The position numbers and the translations under genes were made by a program. DNA of 64,000 nt from Macrostomum lignano (taxonomy: Eukaryota): the NCBI GenBank assembly GCA_002269645.1, contig NIVC01001283.1, positions 62,001 through 126,000 of the forward strand, in the 5' to 3' direction. The number at the start of each line of letters is the position of its first letter. Positions within the stretch are counted from its first letter, which is position 1. The notes beneath the pieces were generated by a model. The model saw nothing but the letters and a program-made list of their open reading frames with translations. It was not told the DNA's origin and made no database searches. Of this stretch, positions 49,907 to 63,205 are shown piece by piece.

Positions 49907-52900
49907 TCACTGTTTCACATTCAACAGCAGTTGATTTCGCGCATTGACAAGAATTTTAAAAGCCTCTTCGCTGCCAGGAGCGACGCTTTTGTCCGGGTGC
50001 AGCAGCACGGCCAGGCGGCGGTACGCCTTGTTGATGTCCTCTCTGCGGGGCGCGGCGGGTCCACTGCCGGTTAGGGACTGGCGGGACTGGGGTAGGGACT
50101 GGCAGGACTGGGGTAGGGACTGGCCAGTCTGGGGTAGGGACTGGCAGGATGGGGTAGGGACTGGCAGGATGGGGTAGGGACTGGCGGGACTGGGGTAGGG
50201 ACTGGCAGGATGGGGTAGGGACTGGCCAGTCTGGGGTAGAGACTGGCGGGATGGGGTAGGGACTGGCCAGTCTGGGGTAGGGACTGGCAGGATGGGGTAG
50301 GGACTGGCAGGATGGGGTAGGGACTGGCCAGTCTGGGGTAGGGACTGGCAGGATGGGGTAGGGACTGGCCAGTCTGGGGTAGAGACTGGCGGGATGGGGT
50401 AGGGACTGGCCAGTCTGGGGTAGGGACTGGCAGGATGGGGTAGGGACTGGCCAGTCTGGGGTAGAGACTGGCGGGATGGGGTAGGGACTGGCCAGTCTGG
50501 GGTAGAGACTGGCGGGATGGGGTAGGGACTGGCCAGTCTGGGGTAGGGACTGGCCAGTCTGGGATAGGGACTGGTGGGACTGGGGTAGGGACTGGCCAGT
50601 CTGGGGTAGGGACTGGCGGGACTGGGGTAGGGACTGGCCAGTCTGGGATAGGGACTGGCGGGACTGGGGTAGGGACTGGCCAGTCTGGGATAGGGACTGG
50701 AGGTACTGGGGTAGGGACTGGCCAGTCTGGGGTAGGGACTGGCAGGATGGGGTAGGGACTGGCAGTACTGGGGTAGGGACTGGCCAGTCTGCGGTAGGGA
50801 CTGGTGGGACTGGGGTAGGGACTGGCCAGTCTGGGGTAGGGACTGGCGGGACTGGCCAGTCTGGGATAGGGACTGGCGGTACTGGGGTAGGGACTGGCGG
50901 GACTGGGGTAGGGATAATAATGGCGGGACTGAGGGATGAGTATGGCGAGACTGAACAATGAGCATGGTAGCAGATCAGGAACTCACTTAGTGCAATTCTG
51001 AGCGATGCCCAGTCTCTCGTAGTTGTCTCTGCCACTCTTCAGCTTCTTAATAGCTTCAATCTGTTCGGTGTTGTAGCCCAGCTGCACAGGAATCGGCTGC
51101 GGCTTCTTGCCGGAGATCACGGCCTCCACGACACCGTCGAATAGGCATTTGAACATCTCGCTGACCCCGTCGCCATTCAGAGCCGAGGTCTCAAAGTACG
51201 GATAGCCGCGCGCATCTGACCACAGGCGACCTTCGAGTTCGTCAACAACTCGCGCCTGCTTCTTGTCCACCTGCCAGATTGAAAATTTAATGTGTATATA
51301 CTGCCTGAGGATGATAGTCAGGCCCGCTGGACACCTTGTGCGTGTGCTGATGGATAAGCGAAACGGACAAAGGCTACTTGCCTACTCGCTACCTGCGCAT
51401 CGACTGGCGCCTCTCCTCTCCCCCCTTCTCCTCTTCCTCTCCCCACCTCTTCTCTTCCCATTCCTCTCCTCAGTCACATCTACTCTTCTCTCTCCCTCGT
51501 CAACCCTCTCTCCTACTCTTCTCTTCCCTTCCTCTTCTCCCCCTCTCTTCTCCTCTTCCCCTCCTCTCTTCTCCTCTTCCCCTCCTCTCTTCTCCTCTTC
51601 ACCTCCTCTCTTCTCCTCTTCCCCTCCTCTCTTCTCCTCTTCCCCTCCTCTCTTCTCCTCTTCCCCTCCTCTTCCCCTCCTCTCTTCTCCTCTTCAACTC
51701 CTCTCTTCTCCTCTTCCCCTCCTCTCTTCTCCTCTTCAACTCCTCTCTTCTCCTCTTCCCCCTCTCTTCTCCTCTTCCCCTCCTCTCTTCTCCTCTTCCC
51801 CTCCTCTCTTCTCCTCTTCAACTCCTCTCTTCTCCTCTTCCCCTCCTCTCTTCTCCTCTTCCCCTCCTCTCTTCTCCTCTTCCCCTCCTCTCTTCTTCTC
51901 TTCCCATCCTCTCTTCTTCTCTTCCCCTCCTCTCTTCTTCTCTTCCCCTCCTCTCTTCTTCTCTTCCCCTCCTCTCTTCTTCTCTTCCCCTCCTCTCTTC
52001 TTCTCTTCCCCTCCTCTCTTCTTCTCTTCCCCTCCTCTCTTCTTCTCTTCCCCTCCTCTCTTCTTCTCTTCCCCTCCTCTCTTCTTCTCTTCCCCTCCTC
52101 TCTTCTTCTCTTCCCCTCCTCTCTTCTTCTCTTCCCCTCCTATCCTATACTCTCCTCTCTTTTCCTACTCTCCCATCATCTCATCCTCTCCTTTTTATCT
52201 CTTCTCTTCTCAGCCTCATTTCCACTGTCACCCACATTTAACAAACAATATTTCTAAGTGATATTCAAACCTTATTGGCGCAGACTATAAAATACGCGGA
52301 GTCGAACTCGGCAATATGCTTGGCGCCCAGTTCAGATTTCATCTCCTTGATCCAGGCGTCTAAGGATTCAAAGCTGGCCCGGTTGGTGACGTCATAGACT
52401 AGCATGACGCCTTGGACGTCGCGGTAAAACTCGTTGCGGACCTCGTAGAACACGGGATGGCCAGCGAAGTCGAAGATGTTCACTTTGACGTCGCGGTCGC
52501 CCACTGTCACTCTGGGGAGACGAGGAGAGCACCAGGGTTACTGAGGATCTGGGAGGCTGGCCCAGCAACTAAGGATCTGGGAGGCTGCCCTAGCAACTGG
52601 GGATCTGGGAGGCTGGCCCAGCAACTGAGGATCTGGGAGGCTGCCCTAGCAACTGGGGATTTGGGAGGCTGGCCTAGCAACTGGGGATTTGGGAGGCTGG
52701 TACAGCAACTGAGGATCTGGGAGGCTGGCCCAGCAACTGGGGATTTGGGAAGGTGGTCTAGCAACTAAGGATCTTGGAAGCTGGCCCATCAACTATGGAT
52801 CTGGGAAGTTGGCCCAGCAACTAAGGATCTGGGAGGCTGCCCTAGCAACTGGGGATCTGGGAGGCTGGTACAGCAACTGAGGATCTGGGAGGCTGCCCTA

Positions 52901-53411
52901 GCAACTGGGGATCTGGGAGGCTGGTACAGCAACTGAGGATCTGGGAGGCTGGTCCAGTAACTGAGGATCTGGGAGGCTGGTACAGCAACTGAGGATCTGG
53001 GAGGCTGGCACAGCAACTGAGGATCTGGGAGGCTGGTACAGCAACTGAGGATCTGGGAGGCTGGCACAGCAACTGAGGATCTGGGAGGCTGGCCCAGCAA
53101 AATCTGAGCTTCATAATAAACGGTTGCAAAGTTCATAACGTACTTAGTAACGCCAAAGTCGATGCCGATGGTCATCAAGTACTTTTGTACGAATCGTTTC
53201 TCGCAGTAGCGTTTAATAATGCAGCTCTGTTTTAAAAGAAAGAAACAACAGTTAAATGATTGCTTTTCGCAATATTCACAGCGAAAAATAGTCAAATTAT
53301 TATTTAAAAGTACACACGCAGACACTAGCTCACCTTGCCGGTATCCGAGTTGCCCATGCTAATGATTTTGATGCGAAACACCTTTGCGGGATCATTTTTG
53401 TCTAAAGTCAT
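49907..53411 (-). CDS. DNAJC27: DNAJC27 (Rab-like GTPase plus C-terminal J domain), 273 aa; exons 53334-53411, 53144-53226, 52271-52511, 50987-51270, 49907-50042
   Basis: Spliced product has G1 GNSDTGK|S, TIGIDFG, G3 variant DFAGH, EVRNEFY, G4 ANK|VD, G5 ETSA, then J domain EDINKAYRRLAVLLHPDK. All four introns are GT-AG with phases 0,2,0,2. Confidence 0.95.
50072..50915. repeat. G-rich minisatellite in DNAJC27 intron 4
   Basis: TGGGGTAGGGACTGGC core with CAGGA/CAGTC/GGGA variants. Confidence 0.96.
51400..52150. repeat. CT-rich 21-bp repeat in DNAJC27 intron 3
   Basis: CTCTTCCCCTCCTCTCTT(C/T)TC. Confidence 0.95.
52540..53100. repeat. 28-bp minisatellite in DNAJC27 intron 2
   Basis: GCAACTGAGGATCTGGGAGGCTGGCCCA. 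Confidence 0.95.
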
Positions 53412-53429
53412 TTTTTATTATAATTTTAA

Positions 53430-53444
53430 TCTGACAAAAGTTGA
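53430..53444 (-). promoter_or_regulatory. 3' splice acceptor 19 nt before DNAJC27 ATG
   Basis: TTCAACTTTTGTCAG|ATTAAA...AAAAAATG. Confidence 0.55.
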
Positions 53445-53627
53445 AGCCGAATAGGTCTCTGAAATATTTATTTGGAATGGAAAGATTGTGAGATTTTTAA
53501 GCAGAATTTTATTCAGTGTCTAATGCTACAGTATGTTTATAACATAAGCTGCGCTACCTATGTATTATATCATGATGTTATGTTTATGACTAGCGATCTG
53601 GAAATCATAGAGGAAAGACATGGGACG

Positions 53628-54668
53628 ACCCACCTCAGGATCTGAGGGTAGCGGAAGAGAACCACCTCAGGATCTGAGGGTAGTGGAAGAGAACCACCTC
53701 AGGATCTGAGGGTAGTGGAAGAGAACCACCTCAGGATCTGAGGGTAGTGGAAGAGAACCACCTCAGGATCTGAGGGTAGTGGAAGAGAACCACCTCAGGA
53801 TCTGAGGGTAGTGGAAGAGAACCACCTCAGGATCTGAGGGTAGCGGAAGAGAACCACCTCAGGATCTGAGGGTAGCGGAAGAGAACCACCTCAGGATCTG
53901 AGGGTAGCGGAAGAGAACCACCTCAGGATCTGAGGGTAGCGGAAGAGAACCACCTCAGGATCTGAGGGTAGTGGAAGAGAACCACCTCAGGATCTGAGGG
54001 TAGCGGAAGAGAACCACCTCAGGATCTGAGGGTAGCGGAAGAGAACCGCCTGAGGATCTGAGGGTAGCGGAAGAGAACCGCCTGAGGATCTGAGGGTAGC
54101 GGAAGAGAACCGCCTGAGGATCTGAGGGTAGCGGAAGAGAACCGCCTGAGGATCTGAGGGTAGCGGAAGAGAACCGCCTGAGGATCTGAGGGTAGCGGAA
54201 GAGAACCGCCTGAGGATCTGAGGGTAGCGGAAGAGAACCGCCTGAGGATCTGAGGGTAGCGGAAGAGACACGCCAGAGGATCTGAGGGTAGCGGAAGAGA
54301 ACCGCCTGAGGATCTGAGGGTAGCGGAAGAGAACCGCCTGAGGATCTGAGGGTAGCGGAAGAGAACCGCCTGAGGATCTGAAGGTAGCGGAAGAGAACCG
54401 CCTGAGGATCTGAAGGTAGCGGAAGAGAACCGCCTGAGGATCTGAGGGTAGCGGAAGAGACACGCCAGAGGATCTGAGGGTAGCGGAAGAGACACGCCAG
54501 AGGATCTGAGGGTAGCGGAAGAGACACGCCAGAGGATCTGAGGGTAGCGGAAGAGACACGCCAGAGGATCTGAGGGTAGCGGAAGAGACACGCCAGAGGA
54601 TCTGAGGGTAGCGGAAGAGACACGCCAGAGGATCTGAGGGTAGCGGAAGAGACACGCCAGAGGATCTG
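53628..54668. repeat. 32-bp minisatellite between FKBP12 and DNAJC27
   Basis: GAGGATCTGAGGGTAGCGGAAGAGAACCGCCT, with polar variant blocks. Confidence 0.97.
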
Positions 54669-55202
54669 CACTATAGATTAACTGCAATATATATATATAT
54701 ATATATATTAAAACAATACAATACTTATATTTAGCACACGTAGAATGCAACAACAGATTTTATTTCAATTTCAGATGGTTGGTAAACATTCGAAAAGAAG
54801 CACAATTAACACTAGGGAACTTGGTAACAGTGAACAACAAAGTAACAGGGTAATTATTTGTACTCTATAAAAAGAAAAAAATGGTTTGTCAATTTCTGGG
54901 TTTGGATTGTAATATAGAATTGCAATAAACTACGGAAAGCTGTCATAATGTTGAATTTATTACTACACAATTAGCATAATTCGGTCATTAATAATAATAT
55001 CTTGAAACCGGGTTTAATTACTATTTGCTCGAATATTTTACTACTCACGGTGAGTAGACTAATAAGACTGTGTTGACAAAATTTGTTTTAAAAAATTTGA
55101 ACATTTAAAATTTAACATACAGACTACAGCAATAAAAGGGGCTAAGCAGAAAAGTTATAAGACAACAGCTAACAGACAAGCAGGTACGGATCAGGTCTCA
55201 AT

Positions 55203-55529
55203 TCACTTGTAGTTGATCAGCTCAACCTCGAACACGAGGGTGGAGTTGGGCGGAATCACGGGCGGATAGCCCCTAGCTCCGTAGGCGAAGTCCGGTGTAC
55301 AGGTGAGCTTAGCAACTTCGCCTTTGCTCATCTGGGCGACGCCCTCGTCCCAGCCTTTGATGACTTCGCCAGCGCCGAGTCTGAATTGGAATGGCTTGCC
55401 GCGGTCGCGGCTGGAGTCGAACTTGTTGCCATTGGTCAGGGTGCCAACGTAGTGCACTGTGACCGTGCAGCCTTTCGGCGGATAGGAGCAGTTGTCGCCC
55501 TGCTTGATGGTTTCTACTTTGACGCCCAT
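55203..55529 (-). CDS. FKBP12: FKBP12-type peptidyl-prolyl isomerase, 108 aa, intronless
   Basis: [12 protein letters not shown]...[45 protein letters not shown]...[22 protein letters not shown] is canonical FKBP12 sequence and length. Confidence 0.97.
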   Translation of the reverse strand: MGVKVETIKQGDNCSYPPKGCTVTVHYVGTLTNGNKFDSSRDRGKPFQFRLGAGEVIKGWDEGVAQMSKGEVAKLTCTPDFAYGARGYPPVIPPNSTLVFEVELINYK

Positions 55530-55552
55530 TGTGCTTTATAGGTTTGTTGTTG

Positions 55553-55570
55553 TCTGGTAACTGGGAGAGA
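55553..55570 (-). promoter_or_regulatory. 3' splice acceptor 24 nt before FKBP12 ATG
   Basis: TCTCTCCCAGTTACCAG|ACAACA...CACAATG. Confidence 0.55.
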
Positions 55571-55614
55571 CGCTTACAGCAGCAATGTTGAATTTCGTGA
55601 TGGTGATAAACTCA

Positions 55615-56682
55615 GTACAGACTCAATATTCTCAAATACAGACTCTCTATATTCTCAAATACAGACTCTCTATATTCTCAAATACAGACTCACTATATTC
55701 TCAAATACAGACTCTCTATATTCTCAAATACAGACTCACTATATTCTCAAATACAGACTCTCTATATTCTCAAATACAGACTCACTATATTCTCAAATAC
55801 AGACTCTCTATATTCTCAAATACAGACTCACTATATTCTCAAATACAGACTCTCTATATTCTCAAATACAGACTCACTATATTCTCAAATACAGACTCTC
55901 TATATTCTCAAATACAGACTCACTATATTCTCAAATACAGACTCTCTATATTCTCAAATACAGACTCACTATATTCTCAAATACAGACTCTCTATATTCT
56001 CAAATACAGACTCACTATATTCTCAAATACAGACTCTCTATATTCTCAAATACAGACTCACTATATTCTCAAATACAGACTCTCTATATTCTCAAATACA
56101 GACTCACTATATTCTCAAATACAGACTCTCTATATTCTCAAATACAGACTCACTATATTCTCAAATACAGACTCTCTATATTCTCAAATACAGACTCACT
56201 ATATTCTCAAATACAGACTCTCTATATTCTCAAATACAGACTCACTATATTCTCAAATACAGACTCTATATTCTCAAATACAGACTCTCTATATTCTCAA
56301 ATACAGACTCTCTATATTCTCAAATACAGACTCACTATATTCTCAAATACAGACTCTATATTCTCAAATACAGACTCTCTATATTCTCAAATACAGACTC
56401 TATATTCTCAAATACAGACTCTCTATATTCTCAAATACAGACTCACTATATTCTCAAATACAGACTCTATATTTTCAAATACAGACTCTCTATATTCTCA
56501 AATACAGACTCTCTATATTCTCAAATACAGACTCTCTATATTCTCAAATACGGACTCTCTATATTCTCAAATACAGACTCTCTATATTCTCAAATACAGA
56601 CTCTATATTCTCAAATACAGACTCTCTATATTCTCAAATACGGACTCTATATCCTCAAATAGACTCTATATTCTCAAATACA
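55615..56682. repeat. 23-bp minisatellite between C2orf69-like and FKBP12
   Basis: TATTCTCAAATACAGACTC(T/A)CTA, with alternating dimeric variants. Confidence 0.97.
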
Positions 56683-57125
56683 AAATCTACACATGTATAA
56701 GTTTATCTGACCTAATCAATTTTATAACTCTCCAAAATTACTTTTAAAGAAAGTTAGATATTAAGTCAGTATACTTTAGATTTACTATTAAACAAAGTGA
56801 ACATAGTGCAATAGAAATGACAAACTTGAGACTGACATAATTAATACAAACAAGCTAACGGCATTAAAAATCTCATTATAAAATTACCTAAAAAGAAATT
56901 ACACAATTATCACACTTTACCTACCAAAGACATATTGAACTACTAAAAGTAAAATGTACCGAATATGCAATGTCGTTATTTTATTTAACATAGTGGTTAA
57001 GCAGCACGTGTGAACAAAAATGCTTTCAGAAGCCAATCAGTTAACTAATCAGTTGCTAGATGAGCTATAAATCAATTAATCAGATAGGCAATAAATCAAT
57101 CAATATCATTCAGACAGAAAATAAA

Positions 57126-59589
<2,464 letters not shown>

Positions 59590-59615
59590 ATAATTAATGG
59601 GATAGAGATTTGAAT

Positions 59616-59630
59616 CCTGTCTGACCTCTA
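59616..59630 (-). promoter_or_regulatory. 3' splice acceptor 27 nt before C2orf69-like ATG
   Basis: GTCAGACAG|GATTCA...TATATG; weak pyrimidine tract. Confidence 0.3.
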
Positions 59631-59697
59631 GTTACAAAAAGAGAGGTTTATTGGGATCAAATTTGAGAAAAGTCGGGTCTTTTATAATTAGATAGTA

Positions 59698-59900
59698 GGC
59701 GGGTAAAGCAAGTGGGCTTTAGCCGTTTTTAATGGCTGAGCGACCCGCCTCGTTGCCCCCCTTTTTTATCGCCCCGGCCTTGTACTTGTGCTTGTTTTTA
59801 CGCGCTGTACGTACGTGCTCTGACTCAATACCCCTAATTTATATATACGTTGCTCAGCTCAATGCGAAAGGGCGCTACTGCCGCTCAAAATTTTTAATTT
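59698..59900 (+). repeat. Split direct repeat A1
   Basis: About 200 bp aligning to 62898-63100 with about 15 substitutions. Confidence 0.9.
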
Positions 59901-59937
59901 GAGCCCCCAAAAGTCCAAGACTTCGCAATATCCAGCG

Positions 59938-60075
59938 AATCGACCCATCTGCAATAATTTTAACGCCAACAAATGCTTCCGCAAGGCCTGCCATTTCCAA
60001 CATATCTGCCGAGTCTGCAAGGGCAACCACCCGGCCTGTGCGCACGAGTTGGGTGCAGAAGCTACAAAAAACTGA
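59938..60075 (+). pseudogene. gag C-terminal zinc-finger remnant of the YR retrotransposon
   Basis: NRPICNNFNANKCFRKACHFQHICRVCKGNHPACAHELGAEATKN*: Cys/His-rich finger immediately before pol, with no start codon or upstream gag body. Confidence 0.7.
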
Positions 60076-61750
60076 GTACGGGGGCCAGCCAACGAGCTCC
60101 TCGCAGGGAGACCGTCGGCGAGCTGGTCCAGCCTAAAACTTTTAGTCTTTTAAACCCTCAAGCCATGTCCGAAGCCGCGCTTTCATGCTCCGGGCTGCAC
60201 AATAAGTTATCTTTTTGGGAGGAAGAGTTACAGTTGGATCCAGACGCCGAGTTCATCTTGAACGGCATCAGAAGAGGTTTCGAAATCACCAACCAGAGCA
60301 ACATTCTCGCAGCTAGCGAAGAAAACCACAGATCCGCCACTTGTCCTGAGAACCGTGAGCAAGTTGAGAAACTGATCCTGGAGGAGCTGAAGAACAACCG
60401 ATACATGCTAGTGAAGGATAAACCGCTCATCGTCAGCCCCCTGGGAGCGGTGGCCAAGTCTTCTGGAGGTCTCCGGTTGATCCACGACGCCAGTCTGCCT
60501 CACGGCCGGAGCATCAATGAGTACTTTGAGCAGGACAAGAAGCTTCGCTTTTTGACTGTCAACGCATTTACCAAGAAGCTGAAGCTAGGTTGGTTTATGG
60601 CTAAAATCGATCTGGCCAAAGCCTACCGCTCCTGTCCCGTCAGCTCTACAGCCTACTCCATCACAGGACTCCGGTGGATCTTCAGCGGCGAGAGTGAGCC
60701 CAGGTACCTTGTTGACACCTGCCTCGGCTTTGGGTTCGCCGCTAGCGTCAATATCTTACACCGGTTGTTGGAAGCCGTCAAGCGTATGATGGTTCGGCGA
60801 GGGTACCACGTCATCTGCAACTACCTCGATGACTTTGCCGTTGCCGCGAGCACGCTGGAAGCCTATAGCACTCTTCTGAGTCTGCTACGCCACTTGGGTT
60901 TTTCAATCAACTGGGAGAAGTTATCTCCACCCAGCAAGTCCATGGTGTTTCTCGGCATCTACATTGATACGGCTGAAGGCTGCCTGACTCTCCCGCAGGA
61001 GAAACTCGAATCTTTGCAGTCTGCTGGACGCCGCAGCTGCCAGCAAGCGACTCAGCAAAAAGCAACTGCAGAAGCTCTGCGGAAAAATCGGTTGGTTCTG
61101 CGAGGTTGCCCGCGCTGGTAGATCGTTACTTCGGGGCCTCATCAACCTGACCAACAGCCTGGACTTGCCTCACCACAAGATGCACATCAAAGGTCAACTT
61201 GGTGAGCAACTGCGTTTCTGGCGATCAGCGACAAACTGGATGCATGGAATCGAACTGTGGCCGGCCTTCGCGAACCGGCTGGTGGTTGAGACGGACGCTT
61301 GCCTATCAGGTGGTGCTGCTGTCATTTTTGACGGAACTAGGACCGACTGGATGTATGTCAACTGGTTGGCTGACTTTAGTGGTGCCCTGCATGGACTGCA
61401 CATCAACTACCTGGAATGTGATGCCTCTGCTTTTTATTATCTTTTTTAAAGAGCACCTAGCTAACTGCCACATCGTTTTTTACACCAACAACTCGTCTGT
61501 GGCTGGGATGCTGCGTAAAGGCTCTGCCAAGCCCCCGGTGGTTCAGGCGCTGATGTGCACGGCTATTTTACTCGCGCTGAAGCACCGCATTCACTTCCAG
61601 GTGTTTCATGTCCCTGGCCGGTTTCAAATTTTTAGTGACCCAGCTTCTCGCCTGAGCCAAAAGCATGGCCTAATCAACTTTTTATTTCGTTACTATGGAA
61701 CTATCTACATTGACCCATCTGTCATTGCATCGCACGCCCTGTCTGCTGCT
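60073..61750 (+). pseudogene. Reverse transcriptase / RNase H (pol), frameshifted
   Basis: SPLGAVAK, LRLIHDAS, KIDLAKAY, LGFG, NYLDDF, LGFSINWEK, FLGIYID. After a frameshift near 61020: KQLQKLCGK, ETDACLSGG, HINYLE. After a second near 61430: YTNNSSV, HVPG..Q..SDPASR. Confidence 0.9.
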
Positions 61751-61779
61751 TTCTATCAATCTTTCCTCTCACAGGTTCA

Positions 61780-62813
61780 GCAGCTGCAGTGGAGCCCCTG
61801 AGGACGGAACGAGACCAGCTGCTCAACCAAGCCCTGGCACCGAATACAAGACGAGCCCTCCAGTCCTAGCTGATGTGTTGGGAGCGCTTCTGCAGCGAGA
61901 TCAGCATGCACCCTCTAGAAACCGACGGACTGACGGTGTCACTCTACGTCTCACACCTACACCTCAAGCACCTGACCGCATTTGCCAGCTTTTCCACCTA
62001 CCTGCACGCGGTGTCGTGGCTCTACAAGCTAGCTGGGAGGGCCGACCCGACTGCTCACCCTCTAGTGCGACTCGCCCTCCAAGGCGTTAAACGGCAAAGG
62101 GGCGCCCATGCGAGACAAAAAGTAGGCTTGACCCCCGCCATGCTGCAGCAGCTGAAATTCCAAATCGACACGACATCCTGCCACGGCGCAGCCTTCTGGT
62201 GCTGTCTGCTGGTCGGGTTCTGGGGATTGCTGCGTGCAGATAATCTGTGCCTCCCCTCTGCGTCAGCCGCTCGGAGCCCGGAGTTGTCAGCTGGAGCAGT
62301 GCGGCTGAAAGACCTGCAGCTCAAGACAAACAACGGCTGTGGGTCCAGCGCAGCAAGACAATCCAGTTTGCTGAGTGGCAGCACCTGGTCTGGCTGCCAC
62401 GACTGCCGGCTGCAAATGGGTCTCCTAATCCGCTATGCCCGTTCTGCGCAGTCCTTGTCCACCTTGAGTGCAACAATGTCACTGGAAACGGACCCGACTC
62501 ACTCCTGTTTGCTTTTCGGGCAGGCCAACAACTGGTCCTGGTGTGTCAACCACAGTTTTCAAGACAGCTGTTCAAAGCAGCAGCAGCGGCCAGCCTCGAG
62601 CCAACAGCAATCTCTGGGCATTCGTTGCGCAGAGGCGGGGCAACCTTCTTCGCCAGCTCAGGCGTGTCTGTGCACGAAGTGATAGCCTTGGGTGACTGGC
62701 AAAGCAACTCCGTGTTTTGTTACATTCAAACTGATGTCGAGGCTCGCCGGTGCCCGGTGGAAGCAGCATCAGCCTTCATTGTCAGCCACCCCCCATCCTC
62801 TCGCTGCTCCTAA
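61780..62813 (+). pseudogene. Tyrosine recombinase of the retrotransposon, disrupted
   Basis: ALAPNTRR, DPTAHPLV, FWGLLRADN (catalytic R), RSKT (K), GHSLRRGGAT (HxxR), LGDWQSNSVFCY (W,Y). In-frame TAG near 61868 and a frameshift near 62320. Confidence 0.88.
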
Positions 62814-62821
62814 CTCTTTTC

Positions 62822-63205
62822 CTTTGGCCTTGGGCCTGCCTTGCTGTGCTTGATTGCCCACTTGCTTGTCTCTGCCTCTTTGCTCCAGACATTAATGGGC
62901 AGGTAAAGCAAGTGGGCTTTAGCCATTTTTAATGGCTAAGCGACCTACCTTGCTGCCCCCCTTTTTTATCGCCCAGCCTTGTACTTGTGCTTGTTTTTAC
63001 GCACTGTACATACGTGCTCTGACTCAATACCCCTAATTTATATATACAATGCTCAGCTTAATGCAAAAGGGCGCTGCTGCAGCTCAATTTTTTTAATTTT
63101 TGCAACAATATACTTGAAAAATGCGGGACTTAATTGCTTTGGGGCCTGCCTCGCTGTGCTCGATCACCCACTCCTCATCTCCGCCTCTTTGCTCCAGACA
63201 TTAAT
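62822..63205 (+). repeat. Split direct repeats B1-A2-B2
   Basis: B1 and B2 both end GCCTCTTTGCTCCAGACATTAAT (62897, 63205) and flank A2. Confidence 0.88.

Larger units (their letters stand above)
59698..63205 (+). mobile_element. Ngaro-type (DIRS group) tyrosine-recombinase retrotransposon, degenerate, gag largely deleted
   Basis: Order is gag zinc-finger remnant, RT, RNase H, YR. Termini are split direct repeats A1 (59698-~59900) ... B1 (~62822-62897) A2 (62898-~63100) B2 (~63137-63205), the arrangement known for Ngaro/PAT-type elements. Confidence 0.88.

Noticed and set aside
50043-50986. Pro/Ser-rich insertion in DNAJC27 (ORF 49907-50965)
   Set aside because: Intron 4 minisatellite; splicing gives the expected 273-aa protein.
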